Source: Fidelibacterota bacterium (GTDB taxonomy: Bacteria; Fidelibacterota; Marinisomatia; Marinisomatales; TCS55). From it: 17,016 bases of DNA. Below the pieces are notes generated by a model. The model ran no database searches. It had not been told where the DNA came from and saw only the letters and a list, made by a program, of their open reading frames with translations. The DNA lies in NCBI GenBank assembly GCA_027251445.1, contig JAPNQO010000013.1, positions 1 through 17,016 on the forward strand, written 5' to 3'. Position numbers and translations under genes: made by a program. Below, piece after piece: positions 1-8,533 of this stretch (position 1 is its first letter; the number at the start of each line of letters is the position of its first letter).

Positions 1-399
1 TCCTTGCATTGAGGGAATTAAGGCTTGAATAGCATCATCAAATGAAAGCCCGTTCGCATTTATTATTTCACGAGAGGATCCAGAGTTAGTAGGCATGACT
101 AAGAATGGATCTTCTAAGATCTCATTTGACTCAAATCGCATACGCTCTAGTTCCTTCATTCCTCTAGATAAGTCTACTTCATAATCACCTGAAACTGTCA
201 TGCTTCCTTCGCATGTGCGACTATTAGAAACAAACTTTAAACCCAGAGTTGCATCATCTACTAAACCTGTCTGCCTAATAGAGGCATTATTTATGCGTAT
301 AAATTGGCTATTTTCTCCTGAAAAGGATAAAGTTAATGCTTCATTACTTTCTAGCTCTGAAAAGAGACCTTCACAAAGTTTATTAAATATTTTTTCCAT
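1..399 (-). CDS. tldE: TldE/PmbA-family protein, N-terminal part (runs off the left edge; missing from the ORF track)
   Basis: Manual translation from ATG at 399 is open to base 1: MEKIFNKLCEGLFSELESNEALTLSFSGENSQFIRINNASIRQTGLVDDATLG... The 'GExSQFxRxNxAxIRQTG' segment resembles TldE-type partners of this TldD subfamily. The ATG lies 2 nt after the tldD TAG, and a GGAGG Shine-Dalgarno sits in the last tldD codons. Confidence 0.8.
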   Translation of the reverse strand, partial: MEKIFNKLCEGLFSELESNEALTLSFSGENSQFIRINNASIRQTGLVDDATLGLKFVSNSRTCEGSMTVSGDYEVDLSRGMKELERMRFESNEILEDPFLVMPTNSGSSREIINANGLSFDDAIQALIPSMQG

Positions 400-401
400 T
401 T

Positions 402-1841
402 CTAGGCACCTCCAAATACTTGAATATTTTCAAATAAGCACACTGGGGAAGCATGACCAACACGAATAACTTGATTTGGTTCACCTTTTCCGCAATTTGG
501 AGTTCCATAAATGCTAAAAGTATCGTTATTACCTATCATTTTTAAACTATTCCAAAATGGATTGCTTATACCTCTATAGTTTGGGTTTTTCAAAGTTTTT
601 GTAAACTTACCATTTTCAATTAGTTTTGCATATTCACAACCAAATTGAAATTTATTACGATAATCATCAATGGACCATGATCGGTTACTTTCCATATACA
701 CGCCATTTTCTACTGAGCCAATTATATCATCAAATGATGATTCTCCAGGTTCTAGATTAATATTAGCCATACGATCTATAGGTGCTCTATTCCATGAACT
801 AGCACGAAAATTTGCTACTCCTGATACTCCAGAACGAATCTGGCTCTCCATGCCGCCTAGCCCCCTTTTTAAAACACCATCTTTAATTAAATATTCCTTT
901 GTCGCTTCCAAACCTCCATCATCATAGGCATAAGAAGCAAACTCAGAAGATAATGTTGGATCAAACGTTATATTCATTAATTCTGATCCATATTGAAGCT
1001 TACCAAAATCATCTAAGTTTACAAAGCTCCACCCCGCATAATTTCTTTCATCACCTAGGATTCTATCAACCTCTAATGCATGACCTACGCTTTCATGTAT
1101 TTGTAGCATCATTTGGTCTGAAGCAATAACCAAATCCATTTCACCATTAGGACATTCTTCTGCATCTAATAATTCAATAGCTTCTTTACCTATTTTTTGT
1201 GCTTGAGCAAGGAGTTCTAATTTGTCAAAATATTCCATACCCATTTGAAGGCAGTTTCCCCTCATGCCACCAAACGTCCGCGTCTGCTGGTTCGCACCAT
1301 CTGCAGCTGTAGCAGATAAATCAAATTCTAACATGAGAAAATCTTGTGAGATATCACTACCATTGGAACTCACAAACCGAAACATAGTCTGTATCGTTTG
1401 CAATAAAGCTCGCGCACTAACAATCTTATCGTTTACTTTGAGCTCATTATAAGCATCAAGAAGTAGTTTATTCAATTCACCTGGCGATAATGAGTCTTTT
1501 TCTTTTACAAATGGAGATTTATAGTTTCCAACATTAGCTGGCCGGGCATCTTGGGTGAATTGAAATGTAGCATGTTTTGAGGCAAGATTTGCTTGTGTAA
1601 ACGCTTTCTTTGCAGCATTAGCGACACCCTCGTTAGTCATATTTGGAGTACCATAATAACCAAACTGACCTTTAGCAAGTACTTCAACCATTAATCCTTG
1701 AGAAGTATAGCTAGCATTCATTTGAGGTACGCCATCTCTGATAATACGAGGCGTATGTGTTTCGCTCACTTCTCTGATTCCAACCCAATCTGCTGGTACA
1801 TCAACTGCTGATAATAAACTTTTTAGATCAATCTGTTGCAT
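402..1841 (-). CDS. tldD: TldD-family metalloprotease, catalytic subunit
   Basis: 479 aa. Metal-binding motif QIHESVGHALE (HExxGH), DDGG, RAPIDRMAN and C-terminal CGKGEP (Cys ligand). AAGGA RBS upstream; followed by the tldE-like gene. Confidence 0.93.
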   Translation of the reverse strand: MQQIDLKSLLSAVDVPADWVGIREVSETHTPRIIRDGVPQMNASYTSQGLMVEVLAKGQFGYYGTPNMTNEGVANAAKKAFTQANLASKHATFQFTQDARPANVGNYKSPFVKEKDSLSPGELNKLLLDAYNELKVNDKIVSARALLQTIQTMFRFVSSNGSDISQDFLMLEFDLSATAADGANQQTRTFGGMRGNCLQMGMEYFDKLELLAQAQKIGKEAIELLDAEECPNGEMDLVIASDQMMLQIHESVGHALEVDRILGDERNYAGWSFVNLDDFGKLQYGSELMNITFDPTLSSEFASYAYDDGGLEATKEYLIKDGVLKRGLGGMESQIRSGVSGVANFRASSWNRAPIDRMANINLEPGESSFDDIIGSVENGVYMESNRSWSIDDYRNKFQFGCEYAKLIENGKFTKTLKNPNYRGISNPFWNSLKMIGNNDTFSIYGTPNCGKGEPNQVIRVGHASPVCLFENIQVFGGA

Positions 1842-1855
1842 ATTAATTCCTTTAA

Positions 1856-3085
1856 CTAATTATCGAATTTTTCTGGATGATTCTTCAATGTCATTGTTAC
1901 TTTTTCGAATGCATTAATAATATCATTTATATCACTTTCATCTCCCAGTAAATGATTTTGTGTAAGCCAAATTGATTGATAATCCGCAATTTGCTCAGTT
2001 ACTGGACATGAAATATTACTGTAATTTATTTTTTTAAGCCATGGAAAATCATTTCCTTTTCCCTGGAAAATATCTTCTCTATATAATGGCTTATACCCAG
2101 CATATGTATATACACCTTCTGCTCTCATAGCATTAAAGAAGCTTTCTCTCGAAATATTATTGAAATTTTCAGCTTTATACCTTAATAAATATAGATGATT
2201 TGACTCTCTCGAGACATTTTTATATCTGCGTGTTACTTCTAAGCCCATTTCTGATAATGCTTGATCTAATTTTTGTCTATTCTTATCACGAGTTCGCATA
2301 TCATGTTCGATAGTTTGAAATTGAGGTAAAAGCAAACTTGCCGCCATGGCACTCATACGATGATTTCCACCAATTATATGATGTTCATACCAATCACCAT
2401 CACGATGTCTTCCACAATTATAATATGCAAAACATGCATCCATAAAATCATTATCATTTGATATTATAGCTCCTCCTTCACCCGCACTCATATTTTTGGA
2501 TGATTGAAAACTAAATATTCCTCCCTTGTGTAATGCGCCTACTTTTTTACCATCCCATTCGGCGCCATGAGCTTGAGCAGCATCTTCAATAATTTTAATA
2601 TTGTGCTTATCCGCTATAGAAATGATACTTTCCATATCTGCTGGATTACCACCAATATGAACCGGTATAATCACTTTTGTACGTTCAGTAATTGCAGATT
2701 CAATTAGATTTGGATCTATATTAAAAGTATTTTCATCAATATCAACAAAGACTGGGGTCGCATGCGCCATAAGTACAGCAGTGACTGTTGCTATAAATGT
2801 ATATGGAGGAATAATAACTTCATCTCCAGAAGAAACGCCAGCGGCTTTTAAAGCAACCCATAATGCATTAGTTCCTGTATTAACAGCAATGCAATTTTTA
2901 GCATCATGAAACATTGCAAAATTTTCTTCAAGTAGTTTAATAGATTCACTTCCAATACCCCAGGAGTCATTAATTAGCGTATCTATTAATTGTTCTTTCT
3001 GACCATCTACAACTCTAGGCCAAGGAAAAAATGGAGTTTTCCTAACCGGATCACCACCAAATAATGCTAATTCATTTAATTTCAT
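1856..3085 (-). CDS. DegT/DnrJ/EryC1/StrS-family PLP-dependent aminotransferase (RifK/AHBA-synthase-like subgroup)
   Basis: 409 aa. Motifs NTGTNAL, GDEVIIPPYTFIAT, PVFVDID, IIEDAAQAHGA, FSFQSSKNMSAGEGG (PLP lysine) and GGNHRMS; N-terminus LALFGGDPVR. Confidence 0.92.
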   Translation of the reverse strand: MKLNELALFGGDPVRKTPFFPWPRVVDGQKEQLIDTLINDSWGIGSESIKLLEENFAMFHDAKNCIAVNTGTNALWVALKAAGVSSGDEVIIPPYTFIATVTAVLMAHATPVFVDIDENTFNIDPNLIESAITERTKVIIPVHIGGNPADMESIISIADKHNIKIIEDAAQAHGAEWDGKKVGALHKGGIFSFQSSKNMSAGEGGAIISNDNDFMDACFAYYNCGRHRDGDWYEHHIIGGNHRMSAMAASLLLPQFQTIEHDMRTRDKNRQKLDQALSEMGLEVTRRYKNVSRESNHLYLLRYKAENFNNISRESFFNAMRAEGVYTYAGYKPLYREDIFQGKGNDFPWLKKINYSNISCPVTEQIADYQSIWLTQNHLLGDESDINDIINAFEKVTMTLKNHPEKFDN

Positions 3086-3144
3086 AAAACTAAGTCATCA
3101 AATATTACACAATTTTCGTTCTAAATTGAATACACATAAGTGAT

Positions 3145-3207
3145 TATCTGCAATATTTACATACTCAATTGACATATTTTCTAACCGATATGCCAATATT
3201 GCAGATA
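3145..3207. repeat. Imperfect 19-bp inverted repeat enclosing three 13-bp boxes at 21-bp spacing; candidate regulator-binding array
   Basis: TATCTGCAATATTTACATA (3145-3163) and TATGCCAATATTGCAGATA (3189-3207) are reverse complements at 17/19 positions. Boxes start at 3149 (TGCAATATTTACA), 3170 (TGACATATTTTCT) and 3191 (TGCCAATATTGCA). Confidence 0.6.
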
Positions 3208-3236
3208 TATATTAAAATATAACATACAATAATAGC

Positions 3237-3252
3237 TGGCATACATATTGCG
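3237..3252 (+). promoter_or_regulatory. sigma54 (RpoN)-type -24/-12 promoter for hsp20
   Basis: TGGCATACATATTGCG: GG at 3238-3239 and GC at 3250-3251 are exactly 10 nt apart, matching TGGCAC-N5-TTGC. It lies about 40 nt upstream of the hsp20 ATG. Confidence 0.65.
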
Positions 3253-3278
3253 TATAGTATAATGAAAACAATTAATGA

Positions 3279-3284
3279 AAGGAG
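3279..3284 (+). promoter_or_regulatory. Shine-Dalgarno site of hsp20
   Basis: AAGGAG, 6 nt before the ATG at 3291. Confidence 0.8.
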
Positions 3285-3290
3285 TCTTAA

Positions 3291-3725
3291 ATGACATTAG
3301 TAAAATGGAATCCAAATAGAAGTTTAATATCAGATTTTGATAGAATATTTGATAATATGTTTAACATTGATATTCCTATACATCCAAAGGAAAGTTCATA
3401 TTATCCTGCTGTAGATATTGAAGAAACAGAGAAAGAGTTTATTCTATCAGCTGATATGCCTGGACTTAAGAAAAAAGAAGTAACAATTGATATTCATGAT
3501 GGTATTATAACTATTAAAGGGGAACGAATGAATGAAGATAAATCATCTTTTAATGGTTATCGTATGCATGAACGTCAATTTGGTTCATTTAATCGAAGCT
3601 TCCGTCTACCAGACAATGTAAATGAAGATAAAATAGCTGCAAAATTTGATAATGGCGAATTATTAATAACATTGCCTAAAACGAAGGAAATTAAACCAGA
3701 AGGAAGACAAATTAAGATTAGTTAA
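3291..3725 (+). CDS. hsp20: Small heat-shock protein, Hsp20/alpha-crystallin family
   Basis: 144 aa. Motifs PAVDIEE, ADMPG, ERQFGSFNRSFRLP, AKFDNGELLITLPK and a C-terminal IxI (IKI). Strong RBS. Confidence 0.96.
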   Translation: MTLVKWNPNRSLISDFDRIFDNMFNIDIPIHPKESSYYPAVDIEETEKEFILSADMPGLKKKEVTIDIHDGIITIKGERMNEDKSSFNGYRMHERQFGSFNRSFRLPDNVNEDKIAAKFDNGELLITLPKTKEIKPEGRQIKIS

Positions 3726-3740
3726 CTCTATCTGACATAA

Positions 3741-3773
3741 AATAGAAAAGGGGCTTAATGCCCCTTTTCTATT
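3741..3773. terminator. Bidirectional rho-independent terminator
   Basis: Perfect 14-bp inverted repeat AATAGAAAAGGGGC-ttaat-GCCCCTTTTCTATT with T-rich tails on both strands. It lies between the convergent hsp20 and FMN reductase stop codons. Confidence 0.9.
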
Positions 3774-3785
3774 GATAGTATTTCT

Positions 3786-4292
3786 TTATAATAAATCAAT
3801 TAGACTATGTATGGAACGTTTCGCAGAATCTTGATTAAACTTCTTCTTATCATTAACAGATATCGTTTTTGGTACAACTATCGTTCCCAAATATTCTAAT
3901 TGAGAACGAAAAGAAGCTAAAAACCTAAGTCCATCTCCTCCACTGTTAGTTCCAATCAAAGCAATTTTACCAATAAAACAATCCCGCCAATTCTTTGTTG
4001 TAAGCGAAACCCATGTTATAGCATTTGTTAATATAGGTGGTGAGCCTCCATTGTATTCAGGTGCACAAAAAATAAAAGCATTACTATTTTCAAATTCCTG
4101 ACTTAACTCTTGGGCAACTTCATTATCAGTATCTATACCAGGTATATATAATGGGAGGTTGTATAATTCAAGGTTAATTACTTTAGTTGTAATTGGGTAA
4201 GCTGATTCAATCAATTCTTTTAAACTATTTGCTAATTTAAAATTTTTTCCACCGCTGGAAGAAACTATTAAAAGGCTCTTATTGTTGGCCAT
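3786..4292 (-). CDS. NAD(P)H-dependent FMN reductase (flavodoxin-like, SsuE/YieF family)
   Basis: 168 aa. Motifs SSSGGKN, FCAPEYNGG, LTNAITWVS, GKIALIGTNSGG. Starts 6 nt after the PorV-family stop codon. Confidence 0.88.
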   Translation of the reverse strand: MANNKSLLIVSSSGGKNFKLANSLKELIESAYPITTKVINLELYNLPLYIPGIDTDNEVAQELSQEFENSNAFIFCAPEYNGGSPPILTNAITWVSLTTKNWRDCFIGKIALIGTNSGGDGLRFLASFRSQLEYLGTIVVPKTISVNDKKKFNQDSAKRSIHSLIDLL

Positions 4293-4298
4293 GAATAC

Positions 4299-5321
4299 TC
4301 AGAAAATTATATTTAAAGAATAACCTGGAACATTATCAAATACTCCAATATCTCTATACACATAATCAAAATTAATTTTAGGACCTCTGGGTACTTGATA
4401 ATTCAATCCAATACCAAATGTTAAACCTTCCTTAGACTCATTCATACCGTAAAATGCCTGTCCTCCTCTAAGAGATATCATTTTTCTAAATATATATTCA
4501 AAACCTACATTTATATATTCTACATTATTATTTGGATGAATTGCATCAGCTGCGATAGTCAACTTATGTATATCTGATTGCACAACATCTTTGCTTACTC
4601 CAGCGCGAAATACTAAAGGTAATGGCCAATTCATTGAGTTTAGACTTGCATCTATCTTGTCATTATTTCCATACATTGTTTCATCAATATCATAATCTAC
4701 TTCTGTATCGTAACCCTCCATGGAAATTTTTCCACCAAAGTTGGAAATAGACATTCCTATACGTAAGCCACTATTTTTTGTCACAAAAAGGCTACCTAGA
4801 TCCACAGCCAATCCACCAGCATTCATATGCCAGATCTTCTCTTGTATAAATTTCATGTTTACACCGAAAGAAAAACGATCAGTTAGTCTTCTTGCATATG
4901 ATCCAGCCAAAGCAACATTACTTACTGAAAAATATTCTCCTGTTCCTTGTGGCGATTTTACAGTGCGTACTTGCATTTCGTCCATAGTAACAGAAGTAAT
5001 AAAAAACCCTAAAGAGCTTGAACGGTCTAAGGGGACAACTACTGCACTGTGATTAAATTGAACATCGGCAAGCCACGGAGAATGATAAAAATGTGCCATA
5101 GGTCTTACAATATTAACACTACCAGCTGGATTCCAATACAAAGCTGTAGGATCATCAGCAATTGCTACAAATGCACCGCCCATAGATAAAGATCTTGCAC
5201 CAATACCAATATCTAAAAACGACGCTGCAGTAGTAGCAACATTACTTACACTTCCAGTTATCTGACTATATGAAAATGAAAAAGAAAATAAAATTATAAT
5301 AATCTTAGTATAGCGTATCAT
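4299..5321 (-). CDS. PorV/PorQ-family outer-membrane beta-barrel protein
   Basis: 340 aa. Signal peptide, then the family N-terminal signature FLDIGIGARSLSMGGAFVAIADDPTALYWNPAG. Alternating amphipathic strands and a terminal Phe. ATGA overlap with the upstream gene. Confidence 0.85.
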   Translation of the reverse strand: MIRYTKIIIILFSFSFSYSQITGSVSNVATTAASFLDIGIGARSLSMGGAFVAIADDPTALYWNPAGSVNIVRPMAHFYHSPWLADVQFNHSAVVVPLDRSSSLGFFITSVTMDEMQVRTVKSPQGTGEYFSVSNVALAGSYARRLTDRFSFGVNMKFIQEKIWHMNAGGLAVDLGSLFVTKNSGLRIGMSISNFGGKISMEGYDTEVDYDIDETMYGNNDKIDASLNSMNWPLPLVFRAGVSKDVVQSDIHKLTIAADAIHPNNNVEYINVGFEYIFRKMISLRGGQAFYGMNESKEGLTFGIGLNYQVPRGPKINFDYVYRDIGVFDNVPGYSLNIIF

Positions 5322-8300
5322 TTAATTACCGCAAATTTTCCGGTTTTTTCACCGACATTAGGCGCATCCACATGATAAATATATAGACCATAAGCAATCT
5401 CTAGTCCATCTTTGGATAACATGTCCCATGAATATGTACCATATTCGTACTGACTCGTGTGATGAATTTCATCCACTAGGTATCCAGATAGAGTAAAAAT
5501 CTTAATAGTACATTCTTGAGGTAAATTAATAAAATCAAGCTTACGAGGTCCACGCCCAGAAACATAAATATGTTTTGGTTCCCAACGGGCAGTTACCACA
5601 TAAGGATTAGGTACAACGGCAATATCATTCATTTCAACTTTAGCTAGTTCATTATCTACCCAAGATTTCTTTGTTGTAAAATGATATTTGTCTTGACTAG
5701 AAAATGGACGTTTAGTAGATATTCTAAAACGATCACCCTTAACAATAGTAGCTGTAGTATCATATAGAAAATCATTTTCATTATATGGGCATATTATTGA
5801 ATCAGGAAAAAATTGAACAAACATATACGGTGTTTGCAGACCGGGATATGGCATTAATAATATTGGTTCTTCCGGCTCCCATCTCCCATTATTACTAATA
5901 TCATAAATACGGAATGTAACATCAGTATTTTCTGTAATGTTTCTTACTCTAAATGGAGATGGAAGATTTGAATAATCAAATGTTATAGAATCACCAAGAT
6001 CTCCATCCCAAATAATCTCAAAATCTGCAGGGTGAATTCTTTGATCAAAAATTCGATAGCAATGAGGAGAATTAGAACCAAGCCATCCAGATGAATCAAA
6101 ATCTACAGCGATAGGTTCATTATAGATAAATACCTTCATTCCATCAAAAATTGGGTTATTTGTTTCACCTGCTGTCGAACTGCTATTCATAATAGGGTAA
6201 TATTTAAAGCTAGCTACAAATGTGCCCATTTCAACTAAGCCACCATTTTCTAAAGCAATAATCATACCATTTTCATAATCCATAGAATAATCAACACCTA
6301 AAACATAAACCATATCACCAGTTTCATCTGTAACGATGACAGAAGATGAATCAATATTTTTATGTTCTAATGCACCATATCCACCAGCTATAACAAATGT
6401 TTCCATTTTTATCTGTTCATCTAAAACAGAATAATAAATTATTGGACTGCCAAATTCTCGATCAAAAGTCAAAGAGTATGTTGCGTCTTCAGGAACAGCA
6501 GTTGGATCAACTGTTATTACTTCAATCCTACCTGTAGCATATCCTGAATCATGTACAACAAATTCTTGACCGAGAGATGCTGTATTGGGACCCATATACC
6601 CTGCCACGGTTGCATTTGGAACAGCCATACCTGCATTCTCACTCATATTGATTACATTTCCTTTACGATCCAAATCAACTATTATTGAGCATTCAGAAGG
6701 TGCTATGGGTAATAAATTATCCTGTTCACTAAAACCTAATTCATAAAAGTCTATATCATACCCTTTATCATATGCCACTACTGCATAATAGTATGTCATA
6801 CCATTGTATACATTATTGCTATCAATAAACATATGTTCAAGACCTGAATCCGTACCCATATCATATTGGATACCGTTAAATCCTATTGGATGAGGACCTT
6901 TTAAACTATCAATTAAATCAAACTGTGCTATTGGTTTATTAAATGTATTATTACCATATGCATCAGTAATAACATAAGGATCAATAAAACCAGGATCTGT
7001 ACTACGGTATATCCTATACCCTTCAAAATCTGAACCATAAATAGCATCCAGAGAATTCTCGGATAGCTTATCCCAAAATAAGGTAACCTGTTTATCTCCA
7101 GGAACAACAGTTAAGTTTGGCTTTAAAGGAGGCTTAGCAAAATTATAATCATTATCATATATATTTTGCATAGTCACAGTATTTCTCAAAATATCATCCA
7201 TATCATTTCCAAAGACCATCGCTACAGAAAATTTCTTTTTCTCACCTGGATCTAAGCCAATAAAACCTGAACCATATAAAAATGTTTGATCAATATTTTG
7301 TGTTGGTACATCGAAAAAGCCAGGTTGCAATTGACTCCACATAATTTCATCATTTGATGGATATATACTTGGATAAGGCGAAGAATAAAAGCTAGTTAAG
7401 CCTATCTGATCAGATTCATCATTATCAGTAATTTCAAAATTTGGTTCCCCTAAATCAGGGATTCCATTTCCTTCTGTCCCATCTGGGTCTGGACCATTAT
7501 AATCATAATGATATGCGCCAAGACCATCTGAGCCAATATCATCTCTTTCTGCCAACCAATCTCCATCATTATCAATTCCATCAAACTGGCTTTCATCAAT
7601 CATACCATCATCATCATTATCAATACCATCATGTGGATTACCGGGAGACTCAAGGAAGCTCCACCCAAAATACACTGGTTTGAATCCACCATCTGCATTA
7701 CTCCAACCATCATGATCCCATTGGTATACAATATCATTTTCAACATCAAACCATGCATCATCATCCGTATAATCACCATTTGTACTACCTATATCTGCAT
7801 CACCATACATTCCAAAAATCACACTATCTAATCGAGAAGTACCAACATTTGTAATCCAATAAGTAACGATAATTATATCTTCCGCCGCAGGATGATTCCA
7901 TTGATATATACGACACTCAAGTTCAACTCCAATTCCAGATCTTCTTTTAGGAACTACATCAAAATCTGTAGAATCTGGAAAATGAGAAAATTCATCATTA
8001 TAATAATCATCCATTACAAAATAGGATTCTTGATCTGCTCGAACATACTTTCCATATTGACCATTCCAAAAACCATCCCAATCACTATCACGATTAGGCC
8101 ATGTTTCTGGCCAAGTAAAATCCTTATCACTCATGGCCATAATCTCTTGATTTGGGTTTGCATAACCGGTTAAAGGCTCGAAACCCCATTGATATCCCTG
8201 AGGAGAGTTATCTTTTAGACCAACAGCACCATCAGAGACTATATGAACTCTATTACCGTTCGTATCAATAACACTTGCTGCAATAACAGGAGTAAATTCA

Positions 8301-8533
8301 TAAAAATACGAATGACCGGAACCAAAGGGGTAAATACCAGATAAACTGCCACCAGCATCACCAATTCCTCCAAAATTATAAAATCTATTAAAAATACGAT
8401 TGCCATTATGATCCCCATATTTACGATCAGTTACATCCATATTTTTTTCACGAGAATCAATTCCTTGTAAATATTTATTAGGCTGTTGGCCTAATAGAAG
8501 TGTAAATAACGGTATAAAAAATAATAATCGCAT
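5318..8533 (-). CDS. Large secreted protein of unknown function with Asp-rich repeats, an FN3-like module and a T9SS-like C-terminal domain
   Basis: 1071 aa. Signal peptide MRLLFFIPLFTLLLG/Q; DGIDND repeats; FN3-like segment (VTLFWD...FEGYRIYRS...TYYYAVVAYD). C-terminus IAVVPNPY...TIKIFTLSGYLV...WD...GLYIYHV...GKFAVIK resembles T9SS sorting domains. TAATG overlap with the receptor stop codon. Confidence 0.8.
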   Translation of the reverse strand: MRLLFFIPLFTLLLGQQPNKYLQGIDSREKNMDVTDRKYGDHNGNRIFNRFYNFGGIGDAGGSLSGIYPFGSGHSYFYEFTPVIAASVIDTNGNRVHIVSDGAVGLKDNSPQGYQWGFEPLTGYANPNQEIMAMSDKDFTWPETWPNRDSDWDGFWNGQYGKYVRADQESYFVMDDYYNDEFSHFPDSTDFDVVPKRRSGIGVELECRIYQWNHPAAEDIIIVTYWITNVGTSRLDSVIFGMYGDADIGSTNGDYTDDDAWFDVENDIVYQWDHDGWSNADGGFKPVYFGWSFLESPGNPHDGIDNDDDGMIDESQFDGIDNDGDWLAERDDIGSDGLGAYHYDYNGPDPDGTEGNGIPDLGEPNFEITDNDESDQIGLTSFYSSPYPSIYPSNDEIMWSQLQPGFFDVPTQNIDQTFLYGSGFIGLDPGEKKKFSVAMVFGNDMDDILRNTVTMQNIYDNDYNFAKPPLKPNLTVVPGDKQVTLFWDKLSENSLDAIYGSDFEGYRIYRSTDPGFIDPYVITDAYGNNTFNKPIAQFDLIDSLKGPHPIGFNGIQYDMGTDSGLEHMFIDSNNVYNGMTYYYAVVAYDKGYDIDFYELGFSEQDNLLPIAPSECSIIVDLDRKGNVINMSENAGMAVPNATVAGYMGPNTASLGQEFVVHDSGYATGRIEVITVDPTAVPEDATYSLTFDREFGSPIIYYSVLDEQIKMETFVIAGGYGALEHKNIDSSSVIVTDETGDMVYVLGVDYSMDYENGMIIALENGGLVEMGTFVASFKYYPIMNSSSTAGETNNPIFDGMKVFIYNEPIAVDFDSSGWLGSNSPHCYRIFDQRIHPADFEIIWDGDLGDSITFDYSNLPSPFRVRNITENTDVTFRIYDISNNGRWEPEEPILLMPYPGLQTPYMFVQFFPDSIICPYNENDFLYDTTATIVKGDRFRISTKRPFSSQDKYHFTTKKSWVDNELAKVEMNDIAVVPNPYVVTARWEPKHIYVSGRGPRKLDFINLPQECTIKIFTLSGYLVDEIHHTSQYEYGTYSWDMLSKDGLEIAYGLYIYHVDAPNVGEKTGKFAVIK

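Noticed and set aside
200..1452. Short + strand ORFs 200-469, 670-927, 899-1129 and 1264-1452
   Set aside because: They are antisense shadows of tldE and tldD with no recognisable motifs.
1..1841. RiPP biosynthetic cluster implied by tldD/tldE
   Set aside because: There is no precursor peptide, YcaO, radical SAM enzyme or exporter in the window, and TldDE is widespread as a housekeeping peptidase.
3086..3290. CIRCE, HAIR, CtsR box or ROSE thermometer upstream of hsp20
   Set aside because: I found no match to these consensus sequences, and the inferred leader of about 28 nt is too short for a ROSE element.
7400..7640. CATCAT/ATC-rich DNA as a microsatellite or CRISPR-like array
   Set aside because: It is explained by Asp-rich coding on the minus strand, and there is no fixed repeat-spacer structure.
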